The notes under the pieces were generated by a model that did not search any database, was not told the origin of the DNA, and saw nothing but the letters and a program-made list of their open reading frames with translations. Positions 41,513 to 51,656 of a stretch of 64,000 nt of DNA are shown here, one piece after another. The number at the start of each line of letters is the position of its first letter. Positions within the stretch are counted from its first letter, which is position 1. Made by a program: the position numbers and the translations under genes. Source of the DNA: Planctomycetota bacterium (GTDB taxonomy: Bacteria; Planctomycetota; GCA-002687715; CAIWVZ01); the NCBI GenBank assembly GCA_044222185.1, contig JBGANV010000002.1, positions 192,001 to 256,000 on the forward strand, in the 5' to 3' direction.

Positions 41513-44143
41513 ATGCACCTGAGATGGGCACTGGCTGTCGGCGTCGCGGTCGCGGTCGCGGTCGGGATCTGCGTCTGGCTCCTGGCCGATGGCTTCGGTC
41601 CCGCGCGCAACGATCCGAGAGTTGAACACGACCGTCCCGCAGTTGCATGGCCGTCGGTCGCACCTGCGTCACGGCCCGTCGCCGCGATCACCGCGTCGCC
41701 ATTCCAGAATCCCGAGGCGGATGTGGCGCCGTCGCCGCTCCTGTCGCCGGTGCCCGACGGACCGAAGGTGCGCGTCATCGACGGCGAGACCGGGCAGCCC
41801 GTTCCGGGGGCCGAGATCGTCTGCTGTGACCGCGCGGCCTTCGACGCGGCAGCGCGTCTCGAGAGCCAGGACGCGCGCGTCGAGCAGGAGGACGCGCTCC
41901 GCAGCGTCGGCAAGAGATTCCTCGTCGGCGCGGACGGAACGGTCACGGTCGTGCCCGCCGACGGGGGGCTGTGGGTTTTCGCGCGCTTCGGCCTGGCTTC
42001 CGGCGCAGCCTGGCTCGTTCCGCCTCATCCGGAAATGACCGACGTCACCATCCGCAAGGACGCATCGATCACGGTGCGCGTCGTCGATGCGGTCGGCCGC
42101 GGCGCCGGCAACCTGGAGATCGTTTGCGCGCTGGTCCTCCAGGATCGGGTCACACGGCTTTCCGTTCGCCGAAGCCGCATCGAAGACGGTGTCGTCCAAT
42201 TCCGGAACGTATTTCTCGGGGTGGCTCCCGACACACTGCACGAGGCCGGGACGCTGGAGATATTTCCGCGGTATGCGCCCGTGCCGCCGACACGCGTCAC
42301 CGTGAGGGCCGACGCCATCCCCGTCGAACCGATCACGCTCACGCTGAAGCCGGTCGGAACGGTCGTCGTGAAGGTCGAGCCGGACGGCGGCACACCGCGG
42401 AGGAACTCCGAGGTGCACCTGCACGTGGGCGACGGTTCCACGCCGGCGGCAGGGGTGAGCGCACTGCAGTACCCATCCGTTCGCGCCGACTCGCAAGGCG
42501 TCGCGACGTTCGAGAACGTCTCGGCGGGAGTGCCCCTCGTCATCACGGCGAGAGTGCCGGGTCACTCCGGCTCGACCATCCGGTCGGAGGGCATCCCGAC
42601 TCACGGCGACACGATCACCGTGCCGATGGTCGCCGGCGCGGGGGTGCCCGCCATCCGGATCCGGCTGATCGACGAGTCGGCGAAGCCGTGCGCGCGCGTG
42701 CTACTTGCGTGCAAGGCCGCGCCCGCGGTGGACGACGCGCAGACCATCTTCGTCGATCGGACCGACGAAGACGGTCGGATCGAACGCAACCTGCCGACGC
42801 TTCCGGCTTCGATCACCGCGATCGAGCTGCGAAGCCAGTCGCGCGAGGACGGACCCGCACGTGTCGTGAGCGTGCCGCTTCCATCTCCGATGAAGCCCGG
42901 AATGATCGACCTGGGCGACGTCGTCTGGAAGACGTTGCCGCCGATCGTCTCCGGTCGCGTGGTCGATGGCGGGGGCGCGCCCGTCGCTGGCGCGTCGGTC
43001 GCGCTGCAAGGACGCAAGAGCGAGCGGTTCGGTTGGAATCACCTGGACGTCGACGCTGCGACTGCGGCACGCGATGGCTCGTTCACCATCGCGGGGAGCG
43101 CGCCGGACGGTGAGCTCGCGGCGATCTGCTGGGGGCAATGGGTCGTGCAGACCGAGCCCATCCCCGTCGTGCCGGGATCCACGGGAGTCACGCTCGTCGT
43201 CGAGAGGGCCGGTGGACTCCGTGGCCGGGTGGCGCTGCCGACCGGGTGGGACGCGCGCGAATTCCACGTGTCCGCGAAACCCGCGAACTCGATGGATGAC
43301 GAGTCGGTCAACCGCAGCATCCCCGTGCGGGTCGAGCCCGATGGATCGTTCGAGACCGATTCCGTGCCGGCGGGCGTGTTCACGTTCGTGGTGAGGCACT
43401 CCGGGTCGCCATTCGATCCACTGATCTCGATCCCGGGCATCGACATCGTCCGCGGGAAGTTCGCGACGGACCCGCGACTGGCGCCGTTGCGGCTCGAAGA
43501 ATCGTGTCTCTTCGTGACGATCCGGGCCAGGAACCAGGCGAACGAACCGGTGCCCCACCCCGTCGCAGGCGTCGAGCTGCCCGATTTCCCGAAGCTCACG
43601 AGCCATTCGTTCCACGCTGCGCAGCCGGGAGGCGGAATCCGCATCGTGATTCCCAGCCGGCGGCCGCGAACGATCACGGTCGGAGCGCCGGGATACCGCG
43701 CGGTGACGCTGACGGACGTCACGACGGATCGCGACGTCGTCCTGTCCGGCGGGCTGCGCGTCGACCTCTCGTTCACCAACGTGCCCAAGCTTCCCGAGGG
43801 GATGCACCTCCACGTCACGCTTCACCCGTCGCGCGCTGACCCCGACGCGTCGGTTCTCTACGACGTCGTCCGCTCGGGACTGTTTCAGTTGGACGAGTCC
43901 GGCGCGGCGTCTGGAACCGTGCCGTCCGCCGCATCCTACGACGTCTCGCTCGCACTCGTCGTCGACGACCTGGGCCCGGAACCGCGCGCGGGCCAATCGA
44001 TGTTCGGCCTTCCCCATTCCGGTCTCAAAGCAACGGTCGCCGACCAGGCCGATGTTCAACTCCTGCGTTTCACGCTCTCCGATTCGCTCCTCGCCGCGCT
44101 GTCGGAAACCCTCGAGTCCGCACGATCGTCCCGCCGCCGCTGA
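41513..44143 (+). CDS. Membrane-anchored protein with carboxypeptidase-regulatory-like (transthyretin/Cna-B-like) beta domains
   Basis: N-terminal TM, repeated VRVIDGETGQPVPGA, GRVVDGGGAPVAGA, TD.DG.F motifs. Confidence 0.75.
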   Translation: MHLRWALAVGVAVAVAVGICVWLLADGFGPARNDPRVEHDRPAVAWPSVAPASRPVAAITASPFQNPEADVAPSPLLSPVPDGPKVRVIDGETGQPVPGAEIVCCDRAAFDAAARLESQDARVEQEDALRSVGKRFLVGADGTVTVVPADGGLWVFARFGLASGAAWLVPPHPEMTDVTIRKDASITVRVVDAVGRGAGNLEIVCALVLQDRVTRLSVRRSRIEDGVVQFRNVFLGVAPDTLHEAGTLEIFPRYAPVPPTRVTVRADAIPVEPITLTLKPVGTVVVKVEPDGGTPRRNSEVHLHVGDGSTPAAGVSALQYPSVRADSQGVATFENVSAGVPLVITARVPGHSGSTIRSEGIPTHGDTITVPMVAGAGVPAIRIRLIDESAKPCARVLLACKAAPAVDDAQTIFVDRTDEDGRIERNLPTLPASITAIELRSQSREDGPARVVSVPLPSPMKPGMIDLGDVVWKTLPPIVSGRVVDGGGAPVAGASVALQGRKSERFGWNHLDVDAATAARDGSFTIAGSAPDGELAAICWGQWVVQTEPIPVVPGSTGVTLVVERAGGLRGRVALPTGWDAREFHVSAKPANSMDDESVNRSIPVRVEPDGSFETDSVPAGVFTFVVRHSGSPFDPLISIPGIDIVRGKFATDPRLAPLRLEESCLFVTIRARNQANEPVPHPVAGVELPDFPKLTSHSFHAAQPGGGIRIVIPSRRPRTITVGAPGYRAVTLTDVTTDRDVVLSGGLRVDLSFTNVPKLPEGMHLHVTLHPSRADPDASVLYDVVRSGLFQLDESGAASGTVPSAASYDVSLALVVDDLGPEPRAGQSMFGLPHSGLKATVADQADVQLLRFTLSDSLLAALSETLESARSSRRR

Positions 44144-44163
44144 CGAGTTTCGTCGCGGAGTGG

Positions 44164-44621
44164 GGAACGCCAGGCTTCTGCCTGGCCGGGGGGCGAGGCC
44201 TCCGGGCTCGCCGGGATCTCGCGGCGAACTTCCTGCTCGCAGCTGCGGTCGATCGCACCTCGCCGTTCCGGGCAGGGTGGAACCCTGCCGTCCAGCCGCG
44301 CCGGAGCGCGGCGTTCCGGAACGCCAGGCTCTGCCTGGCTGGGCGGCGAGTCCTCCGGGCTCGCCTGATCGCGCGGCGAACTTTCAGCGCGCGACCGCGG
44401 TCGATCGCACCTCACCGTGCCAGGCAGGGTGGAACCCTGCCGTCCAGCCGCGCGGGAGCGCGGCGCTCCGGAACGCCAGGCTCTGCCTGGCCGGACGGCG
44501 AGACCTCCGGGCTCGCCTGATCTCGCGGCGAACCTCCAGCGCGCGACCGCGGTCGATCGCACCTCACCGTGCCGGGCAGGGTGGAACCCTGCCGTCCGGC
44601 CGCGCGGGAGCGCGGCGCTCC
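44164..44621. repeat. Three tandem ~152-bp REP/REPIN-like units
   Basis: Units start at 44164, 44318 and 44470. Each carries GGAAC-GCCAGGC(t)TCTGCCTGGC and GGCAGGGTGGAACCCTGCC-GTCC palindromes. Confidence 0.85.
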
Positions 44622-44691
44622 GGAGGGCGTGTGGTATGACGTCGCCATGCCATGCGGCGCCCGCAACGTGCGAAGCGCGTCGATCGACACG

Positions 44692-46962
44692 ATGCGGATC
44701 GGCATCGCGCTCGTCGCCCTCGGCGCATTCGGGTCTGCCGTCGCGGCGCAGGCGCCCCGCCGGCTCGTGGTCATGTGCGAGCAACGCGCTCTCGGGGTCT
44801 GGGAGGACCTGGAGGCCCTGTCCCGCGATTTCGAGAAGGACAATCCCGGTGTCGAGGTCCAACTGCTCGAGCAGGCCGGCGCGTCGACGGCCGACGACAA
44901 GATCAAGTTCATGCTCGCGGGAGATCTGCCGCTCGACGTCATGCGCGTGGACATCGGAGAACTGGCGGCGTTCCTCGACGAGAACGCGTTGTTCGATCTG
45001 GATCCGTACTTCAGCAAGGATCCCACGTGGCGGCCGGACGATTACTTCCGCCAGCCCATCGATGCATTGCGCGATGCCCGCGGCCACCTGTTCGGTCTGC
45101 CGTCGACCTTCACGCCCTACGTGCTCTACTGCAATCTGGATCTCCTGGCCCGCGCAGGACTCGGTCGCCCCAAACCCGACTGGACCTGGGACGACTTCCT
45201 GCGCTATGCGCGCGCGACGACGAAAGACCTCGACGGCGACGGCAAGCCGGACCAGTTCGGGATCTCGCTCACGCAATGGCTCCAGGCCGTCGTGCCGTGG
45301 ATCTGGCAGAACGGCGGCGAGCTCATCGACGCGACGAACACGAAGAGCCGGCTGGGCGAGCCCGCGGTCGTGGACGCGTTGCAGTTCCTCAACACGCTCC
45401 TGCACGTCGAGCGTGTCTCTTCATTCGACGCGACGTTCGAGAATCAACTGAGCCAGGGGTTGTTCCAGGCCGGTCGGGCGGCGTTCTTCGGTCCCACCGG
45501 CTACTGGGAGACGTGGCGCTTCAAACACATCAAGGACTTCCGCTGGGACGTGGTGCCGCTCCCCCGCGGCAAGCGCGCCGCGACGTCGATCGCCATGCAG
45601 GCGTACGTGGTGCCGCGTACGTCGCGCGAACCCGAGCTCGCCTACCGGTACATCCGGGCGCTGGGGTCCGATCGCTGGCAGCGCGTGCTGGCGAAGATCG
45701 GCAACGGCGTTCCAGCCATCAAATCGGCGGCGCAGTCCGACGCGTTCCTGAAACCCGACACGCCACCGGAGAGCGAGCAGGTCTTTCTCGACGTGTTGTC
45801 GACGGCGCGTTTCATGCCGCCGCTGGCGAACTGGCGCAAGATCGAAGCCCTATGCCAGGCCGAGTTCCAGGGCTCGCTCCTCTTTCGCGAGACGGACATC
45901 GCTCGCGCCTGCGCGCGCGCCGCGCAGAAGACCGACGACTACCTCGCACGGGTTCGAGATCGCAAGCAACGGCCCAGACTGTGGCGTTGGACGATGGAAG
46001 TCTCGATCGCCGCCGCCGTCCTCGCGCTGCTCGGGGGGTTCGTCGCGCGACGCGACCGCAAGCCATCGGCAATCGTGCGACGCCAGGAGCGCCAGGGCCT
46101 CGCCATGCTCGCTCCATGGGCCGTCGGCTTCGTCGCCTTCCTCTTTGGACCGGCGGTGTCCTCGATCGTCCTGTCGTTCTGCGAATGGTCGCCACTGCGC
46201 GACGTGCACGACATCGGCTTCGTCGGTTCGGGCAACTACGCACAGATCCTCACCGACGACACGTTCTGGACGTCACTGCGCGTCACGAGTCTCTACGCTG
46301 CGGGCAGCGTCCCGCTGGGCCTGGTCATCGCGCTCGCGCTCGCGCTACTCCTCGATGCCGAGACACGCACGGCGCGCGCGCTCCGGACGATCATCTACCT
46401 GCCGGCCATCGTGTCACCGGTCATCGTGGCAGCCGTGTGGCGCTTCATCCTCGATCCCGAGCGCGGGCTGCTGAACCGCGGGCTGGCTCAGCTCGGCATC
46501 GAGGGGCCCGCGTGGATTCGCAGCGAGACGTGGGTCGTGCCGTCGTTCGTGCTCGCGAGCCTCTGGGCCGTCGGTGGCCAGATGCTCGTCTTCCTCGCCG
46601 CGCTGAAGACGGTCGATCGCAGCCTTCTCGATGCGGCCCGCGTCGACGGGGCCGGCCCATGGCGGCGGCTCCTTCACGTGACGCTTCCGTCGCTCACGCC
46701 GGTGATCCTCTTCAACCTCTTGATCGGGCTCATCAACGCGTTCCAGATCTTCGCGCAGCCGTACGTGATGACCGGCGGCGGACCGGGCAACGCGTCGCGG
46801 TTCCTCGTGCTCTACATCTACGAGACCGGGTTCAAGCACCTGGAGATGGGCTACGCGTCGACGATCGCGTGGGTGATGGTCGCGATCCTCGCCGCACTTT
46901 CGCTCGTCATCATGCGGACGTCCCGACGGTGGGTTCATTACGCCGCGAGGATCCGCGAATGA
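44692..46962 (+). CDS. Carbohydrate ABC transporter: substrate-binding protein fused to permease
   Basis: SBP_bac_1 motifs (LYCNLDLL..AG, WTWDDFL, WDVVPLP) followed in frame by TM helices and an EAA-like loop LDAARVDGAG. Confidence 0.88.
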   Translation: MRIGIALVALGAFGSAVAAQAPRRLVVMCEQRALGVWEDLEALSRDFEKDNPGVEVQLLEQAGASTADDKIKFMLAGDLPLDVMRVDIGELAAFLDENALFDLDPYFSKDPTWRPDDYFRQPIDALRDARGHLFGLPSTFTPYVLYCNLDLLARAGLGRPKPDWTWDDFLRYARATTKDLDGDGKPDQFGISLTQWLQAVVPWIWQNGGELIDATNTKSRLGEPAVVDALQFLNTLLHVERVSSFDATFENQLSQGLFQAGRAAFFGPTGYWETWRFKHIKDFRWDVVPLPRGKRAATSIAMQAYVVPRTSREPELAYRYIRALGSDRWQRVLAKIGNGVPAIKSAAQSDAFLKPDTPPESEQVFLDVLSTARFMPPLANWRKIEALCQAEFQGSLLFRETDIARACARAAQKTDDYLARVRDRKQRPRLWRWTMEVSIAAAVLALLGGFVARRDRKPSAIVRRQERQGLAMLAPWAVGFVAFLFGPAVSSIVLSFCEWSPLRDVHDIGFVGSGNYAQILTDDTFWTSLRVTSLYAAGSVPLGLVIALALALLLDAETRTARALRTIIYLPAIVSPVIVAAVWRFILDPERGLLNRGLAQLGIEGPAWIRSETWVVPSFVLASLWAVGGQMLVFLAALKTVDRSLLDAARVDGAGPWRRLLHVTLPSLTPVILFNLLIGLINAFQIFAQPYVMTGGGPGNASRFLVLYIYETGFKHLEMGYASTIAWVMVAILAALSLVIMRTSRRWVHYAARIRE

Positions 46963-47786
46963 GCCGCGCGCAGCGCATCGTCCGGAACGTCACCATGCTC
47001 GCGGCGGGCCTCCTGTTCCTGTGGCCGATCGTGTTCATGGTGGAGGTCTCGCTCCAGCGCGAGGGGACGGGATTGATGCGCTCGATCCCCGAACTCGTGG
47101 GCGACGTCCACCCGGAGAACTACCGCGAAGCACTCACGCGGATGGGGAACTTCCCACTCCTTTTCTGGAACACGGTGATGGTGACCGTGCTCTCCATCCT
47201 GGGTCAGCTGCTGACGACATCGCTCGCCGGCTACGCATTCGCGCGCGTCCCGTTCCGTGGACGCGACGCACTGTTCACGCTGGTGCTCGCGACCATGCTG
47301 CTTCCCGATCAGGTCACGGCGATCCCGCGATTCCTCCTCTTCCGCGTCCTGGGGATGGTCGACACGTTCCAGCCGCTCATCCTCCCCACCGTGCTCGGGG
47401 GCGCGCCGTTCTTCATCTTCCTGTTCCGCCAGTACTTCCTCTCGCTGCCATCCGAGCTCTCGGACGCCGCCCGGGTCGACGGCTGCGGGCACTGGCGGAT
47501 CTGGTGGCACATCATGCTGCCCCTCGCGCGTCCCATGCTGGCGACGGTGGGCATCTTCACGTTCCTCGCCGCGTGGAACGACTTCTGGAACCCGCTCATC
47601 TACATCCTCCTCCCCGAGAGACAGACCCTCACGCTGGCGTTGGCCGGCTTCAACCGCACGTACAACACGGCCGTCGAGCACATGATGGCCGCGTCCGCCG
47701 TCGTGCTCGCGCCCTGCGTGATCGTCTACTTCCTGGCACAGAAGCTCTTCCTTCGCGGTGTCGAAGTGGCCGCATCGAAACGGTGA
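46959..47786 (+). CDS. Carbohydrate ABC transporter permease
   Basis: AGYAFAR..FRGRD, FLFRQYF.SLP.EL.DAARVDG, WNDFWNPL. Confidence 0.92.
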   Translation: MSRAQRIVRNVTMLAAGLLFLWPIVFMVEVSLQREGTGLMRSIPELVGDVHPENYREALTRMGNFPLLFWNTVMVTVLSILGQLLTTSLAGYAFARVPFRGRDALFTLVLATMLLPDQVTAIPRFLLFRVLGMVDTFQPLILPTVLGGAPFFIFLFRQYFLSLPSELSDAARVDGCGHWRIWWHIMLPLARPMLATVGIFTFLAAWNDFWNPLIYILLPERQTLTLALAGFNRTYNTAVEHMMAASAVVLAPCVIVYFLAQKLFLRGVEVAASKR

Positions 47787-47793
47787 CCCTCAC

Positions 47794-48879
47794 ATGGCCC
47801 GATTGAAGCTCGAGCACCTCACGAAGACCTTCGGCGCCGCGACGGTGCTGAACGACGTCTCGCTCGATGTAGGCGATGGCGAGTTCCTCGTGCTCGTCGG
47901 CCCGAGCGGGTGCGGGAAGTCGACGCTCCTGCGGATCATCGCCGGCCTCGAGGCACCGACCCGTGGGCGCTGCATCCTCGACGGCGTCGACGTCACGGAT
48001 CGGGACCCGACGCAGCGGGACGTGGCCATGGTCTTCCAGAACTACGCGCTTTATCCCCACATGACCGTGCGGAAGAACCTCGAATTTCCGCTGCGGCTGC
48101 GCAAGTTCTCGACATCCGAGCGTGGGAGGAAAGTAGACGAGGTCGCCGAGATTCTCGGATTGGCGCCTCTCCTCGACCGCAAGCCGGGAACGCTGAGCGG
48201 CGGCCAGATGCAGCGCGTGGCCCTGGGCCGCGCCATCATCCGCAATCCACGGCTCTTCTTGTTCGACGAGCCGCTGTCGAACCTGGACGCAAAGATGCGC
48301 TCGGAAATGCGCAGCGAGATCGCGCGGCTCCATCGACGGCTCGGCGTGACGACGATCTACGTGACGCACGATCAGGCCGAGGCCATGACCATGGGTTCGC
48401 GGATCGTCGTGATGCAGAAGGGCTCGGTCCAGCAGGCGGGGGCGCCGCTCGCCGTGTTCGATGACCCCGCCAACACGTTCGTCGCATCCTTCATCGGAAG
48501 CCCGCCCATGAACCTCGTCCCTGGCGAGGTCGAGGGCGGGGTGTTCCGTGCCGGTCCGCTGGCGGTGCCATGTCCGCATGGCGCCCAGGGAGCGGTCATT
48601 CTCGGGATACGCCCGCACGCGTTCCTCGATTCGGGCTCCACGTCAGCTCCCGCGACCTACGTGGAGAATCTGGGCACTCAGACCGTGATCGAGGTCGACC
48701 TGGGAGGGTCGCGGCTCCTCGTCACCCGGGACGGCAATCGCGCGGTGACGCCTGGTGATCCGGTGCGACTCGGGATCGACCCGGCGACGGTCCGCTGGTT
48801 CGACGTCCGAACCGGAAACCGGGCTTGGCCACCGATTTCCGAAGCCGCCCCGTCCCAAGAAGCCTCCGGCTGTGCATAA
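47794..48879 (+). CDS. MalK/UgpC-type ABC ATPase
   Basis: GPSGCGKST, VFQNYALYPHM, LSGGQMQR, FLFDEPLSNLDA, VTHDQ. Confidence 0.95.
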   Translation: MARLKLEHLTKTFGAATVLNDVSLDVGDGEFLVLVGPSGCGKSTLLRIIAGLEAPTRGRCILDGVDVTDRDPTQRDVAMVFQNYALYPHMTVRKNLEFPLRLRKFSTSERGRKVDEVAEILGLAPLLDRKPGTLSGGQMQRVALGRAIIRNPRLFLFDEPLSNLDAKMRSEMRSEIARLHRRLGVTTIYVTHDQAEAMTMGSRIVVMQKGSVQQAGAPLAVFDDPANTFVASFIGSPPMNLVPGEVEGGVFRAGPLAVPCPHGAQGAVILGIRPHAFLDSGSTSAPATYVENLGTQTVIEVDLGGSRLLVTRDGNRAVTPGDPVRLGIDPATVRWFDVRTGNRAWPPISEAAPSQEASGCA

Positions 48880-48914
48880 TCGGGTCACCCAGTTCGCACT
48901 GGAGGAAAAACTGC

Positions 48915-49790
48915 ATGCCCGCACGTGCTGACAAGGCCGCTCCCGTCAAACCCGGCAAGAAGCCTGGGGCGGGTCCGGCGAAGGGGGCTTCAAAGGCCAC
49001 CAGCGCCAAGCCCGCCCCCAAGAAGGTCGAGAAGAAACCACTGCCCGCACCCACCAAGGCTCCTTCCAAGGGCAAGCCCGAGAAGCCCGCGGCAAAGCCA
49101 CAACCAAAGTCCGCAGCGAAGGTTGCGGCTCCGACGCCGGCCCCGGTAGCGGAGAAGCCGGGAAAGGTCCCGCCGTCTTCCAAGGCACCAGCTTCAAAGG
49201 CGCCATCACCCCCGCCCGCCAAGGGCGCGGCGCCGTCCAACGCCAAGGCGGCGACAAAGGCTTCCGAAAAATCGTCAGCCAAGGGCGCCCCGGTCCACCC
49301 CGTCGCCGTTCCTGGGAGTGACTACAACCTGAGGGACGCCGTCCTCGGCGCCTTCGCCACCAGCAACCGGATCAATCGTTACCTGATCGAGAATCTGGCC
49401 GATGACGCGTGGCGCGCTCGGCCGCTCGACGGAAAGGGGCGGACGATCGCCTCGATCGTGGCGCACATCCACAACGTCCGGGTGATGTGGCTGCAGGCGG
49501 CGGGGGTCCAATCGAAGATTCCCGACCAGGTCGACAAGAACACGCTCACTCGAAAGGCGTCGGTGCGGGCGCTCGACGAGAGCCACCACGCCATCGAGAA
49601 GTTCGTCGCCGCGGCACTGAACGCCGATGGGGTAATCCCCAAGTTCCCGGCCGGTGTCGCGGGGTTCATCGCCTATCTCATGACGCATGACGCCCACCAC
49701 CGCGGCCAGATCTGCCTGATGGCGCGCCACTGCGGCAAACCCGTCCCGCAAGAAGTCATGTTCGGCATGTGGGAGTGGAGCAAGCGATAG
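48915..49790 (+). CDS. DinB-family protein with a long Lys/Ala/Pro-rich N-terminal extension
   Basis: GGAGG RBS before ATG 48915. C-terminal domain with AHIHNVR..WL and HDAHHRGQ. Confidence 0.8.
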   Translation: MPARADKAAPVKPGKKPGAGPAKGASKATSAKPAPKKVEKKPLPAPTKAPSKGKPEKPAAKPQPKSAAKVAAPTPAPVAEKPGKVPPSSKAPASKAPSPPPAKGAAPSNAKAATKASEKSSAKGAPVHPVAVPGSDYNLRDAVLGAFATSNRINRYLIENLADDAWRARPLDGKGRTIASIVAHIHNVRVMWLQAAGVQSKIPDQVDKNTLTRKASVRALDESHHAIEKFVAAALNADGVIPKFPAGVAGFIAYLMTHDAHHRGQICLMARHCGKPVPQEVMFGMWEWSKR

Positions 49791-49963
49791 CGCCCGCGCG
49801 ACCACGCGCGTGCGCCGGTCGGGCGTGAGTCGAATGCAGGGCGATCCGCGGCTCGGCAGACGCCGTTGCCGCAATGACGTTCGCCGCGCGTGGCGCCCGA
49901 CGGCGCCAGTCCGCGGGACGTGCGCCCGCGCGCTCCGCGACCTCCCTGTAAGATCGCCGGCCG

Positions 49964-51640
49964 ATGAACCGGGACGAGGCGGAGCGAGTGGCTCGCCGCA
50001 CCAGCGGAGCCGCAACGCGAGATCGGCATGGGGGGCGTGGCCTGGGGACCTTGCTGTTCCTGGTCGTGTTCGCCCTCGGCGTGGCACGTTACTGGCCGAT
50101 CATCGATCGCCCATGGGACGACGGGCTCGCGTCGACGAACAGCGCGCTCTACGTCGGCGGGTTCGCGCGGAGCTGGGAGCGCGTCGGGTTCGAGAGGCTC
50201 GCTGGGATCCCGTACCTGGCGGTGTTGCCGACGGATCCCCCCGTCGGCGCGCCGGACTACCACCACCCTCCGCTCTTTCGCTGGGCTGCCTACGCGGCCG
50301 TGAAGATCTGGGGGCTGAGCGAACGCTCGATCCGCATCGTGCCGATCCTCTTCTCTGCCCTCGGCGGCGCGGCCGTCGCGTGGCTTTGCCTGCGGAAGTT
50401 GGGCATGGGATGGGCATGCGTCGCCAGCGGGCTGTGGCTCGCGCTGCCCATGAGTGTCCTCTACGGATGGATGGCGGCGCCGGATCCGGCCGTGGTCGGG
50501 TTGGGCGCCCTGGCGTTCTGCGTGCAGGAGCACTTTCGCGGCCGACCCGGCCGGGGCTGGTTGTGGCTTCTGCCGATCCAATTCGTGGCGTCGCAGATGG
50601 ACTGGCAGGGGTGCTTCATCCCACCGGCGCTTCTCGTCCACGAGGTGATGCAGCCGCGGGGGGAACGCCGCATCGGTCGCGCCATCGTCTGCGGCATGGC
50701 GGGGGTCGCGTCGACGATCGTGGTCCTCGTGCTCTTCGGCTGGTGGACGGAGCGCATCGCCTTCGATGCGGACGCCGTGCTGGGTCGACGTTCGGGGGCG
50801 ATCCCATCAGCGGCGTTTCATTGGGAGCGCGTCGAGACCTACGTGAAAACGGCCCTTCGCCTCACGTTCGACGTGGCACATGACACGGCGACGGCCACGG
50901 GCACACACTCGATCGCAGGCGGGCTCTGCGCCATGGGCCGATTTGCGCTCGACATGTTCACGGCTCCCGTCCTGCTCGCAACCATCGCCTCGGCCTACAT
51001 CGCGCTTCGGCGCGACCGCCACCCCGCGGCGGCAAGCACGGCGCGGCTCGGCCTGTCGCTGCTCGTCCCCGGCGCGCTCAACACGATCCTGTTCCGCATG
51101 CACGCGTCCACCCACGAGTTCTGGTCGATGCACGCGTTGTGTGGGTTCGTCCTGTGCACCGTGGCCACCCTGTCGGCCATGGGCCGACCACGCGTCACCC
51201 TGCTGGTCCTGGGCGCGACCGCGTCGCTCGCGACCTCGACGATCAATCACCGCTTCACCGGTCAGCACGGCGAGGATCCGCGCGTGGCGGCCGCCGAACT
51301 CGACAGGCTCTGTGGCGCCGACGACACGCTCCTCTTCCAGGGCGACCTCACACCCGCGACCTTCTACTCCAAGCGATGGGTTCAGTCGGCAGTCCTCGGA
51401 CCTCCAGGGTTCCAGTGGCTCGCGCAGCTGATCGACGGGCACCGCCTGAAGTCCGGGAGGCTCATCCTCGTTCTGCCGGGCGATCTCGGAGATTCGACGA
51501 CGACGGAATCCATCCGCGCGTTCGCGGAACGGTACGGGAAGGTCGAGCACGTCGAAGGCTTGGCCCTCGCCCTCCGACTCGGTGCCGTCGCGCGCCGAGC
51601 GGCGGCCCGATCGCTCTGGATCGTGACGTGCAATCCGTGA
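49964..51640 (+). CDS. GT-C fold (ArnT/PMT-like) polytopic membrane glycosyltransferase
   Basis: YHHPPLF, WGLSERSIR.VPILFS, P....YG, many TM helices. Confidence 0.7.
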   Translation: MNRDEAERVARRTSGAATRDRHGGRGLGTLLFLVVFALGVARYWPIIDRPWDDGLASTNSALYVGGFARSWERVGFERLAGIPYLAVLPTDPPVGAPDYHHPPLFRWAAYAAVKIWGLSERSIRIVPILFSALGGAAVAWLCLRKLGMGWACVASGLWLALPMSVLYGWMAAPDPAVVGLGALAFCVQEHFRGRPGRGWLWLLPIQFVASQMDWQGCFIPPALLVHEVMQPRGERRIGRAIVCGMAGVASTIVVLVLFGWWTERIAFDADAVLGRRSGAIPSAAFHWERVETYVKTALRLTFDVAHDTATATGTHSIAGGLCAMGRFALDMFTAPVLLATIASAYIALRRDRHPAAASTARLGLSLLVPGALNTILFRMHASTHEFWSMHALCGFVLCTVATLSAMGRPRVTLLVLGATASLATSTINHRFTGQHGEDPRVAAAELDRLCGADDTLLFQGDLTPATFYSKRWVQSAVLGPPGFQWLAQLIDGHRLKSGRLILVLPGDLGDSTTTESIRAFAERYGKVEHVEGLALALRLGAVARRAAARSLWIVTCNP

Positions 51641-51656
51641 TCGCGCGCGAGGCGCC

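Noticed and set aside
44164-44621. CRISPR array
   Set aside because: Units are ~152 bp and similar along their whole length, with no unique spacers and no cas genes.
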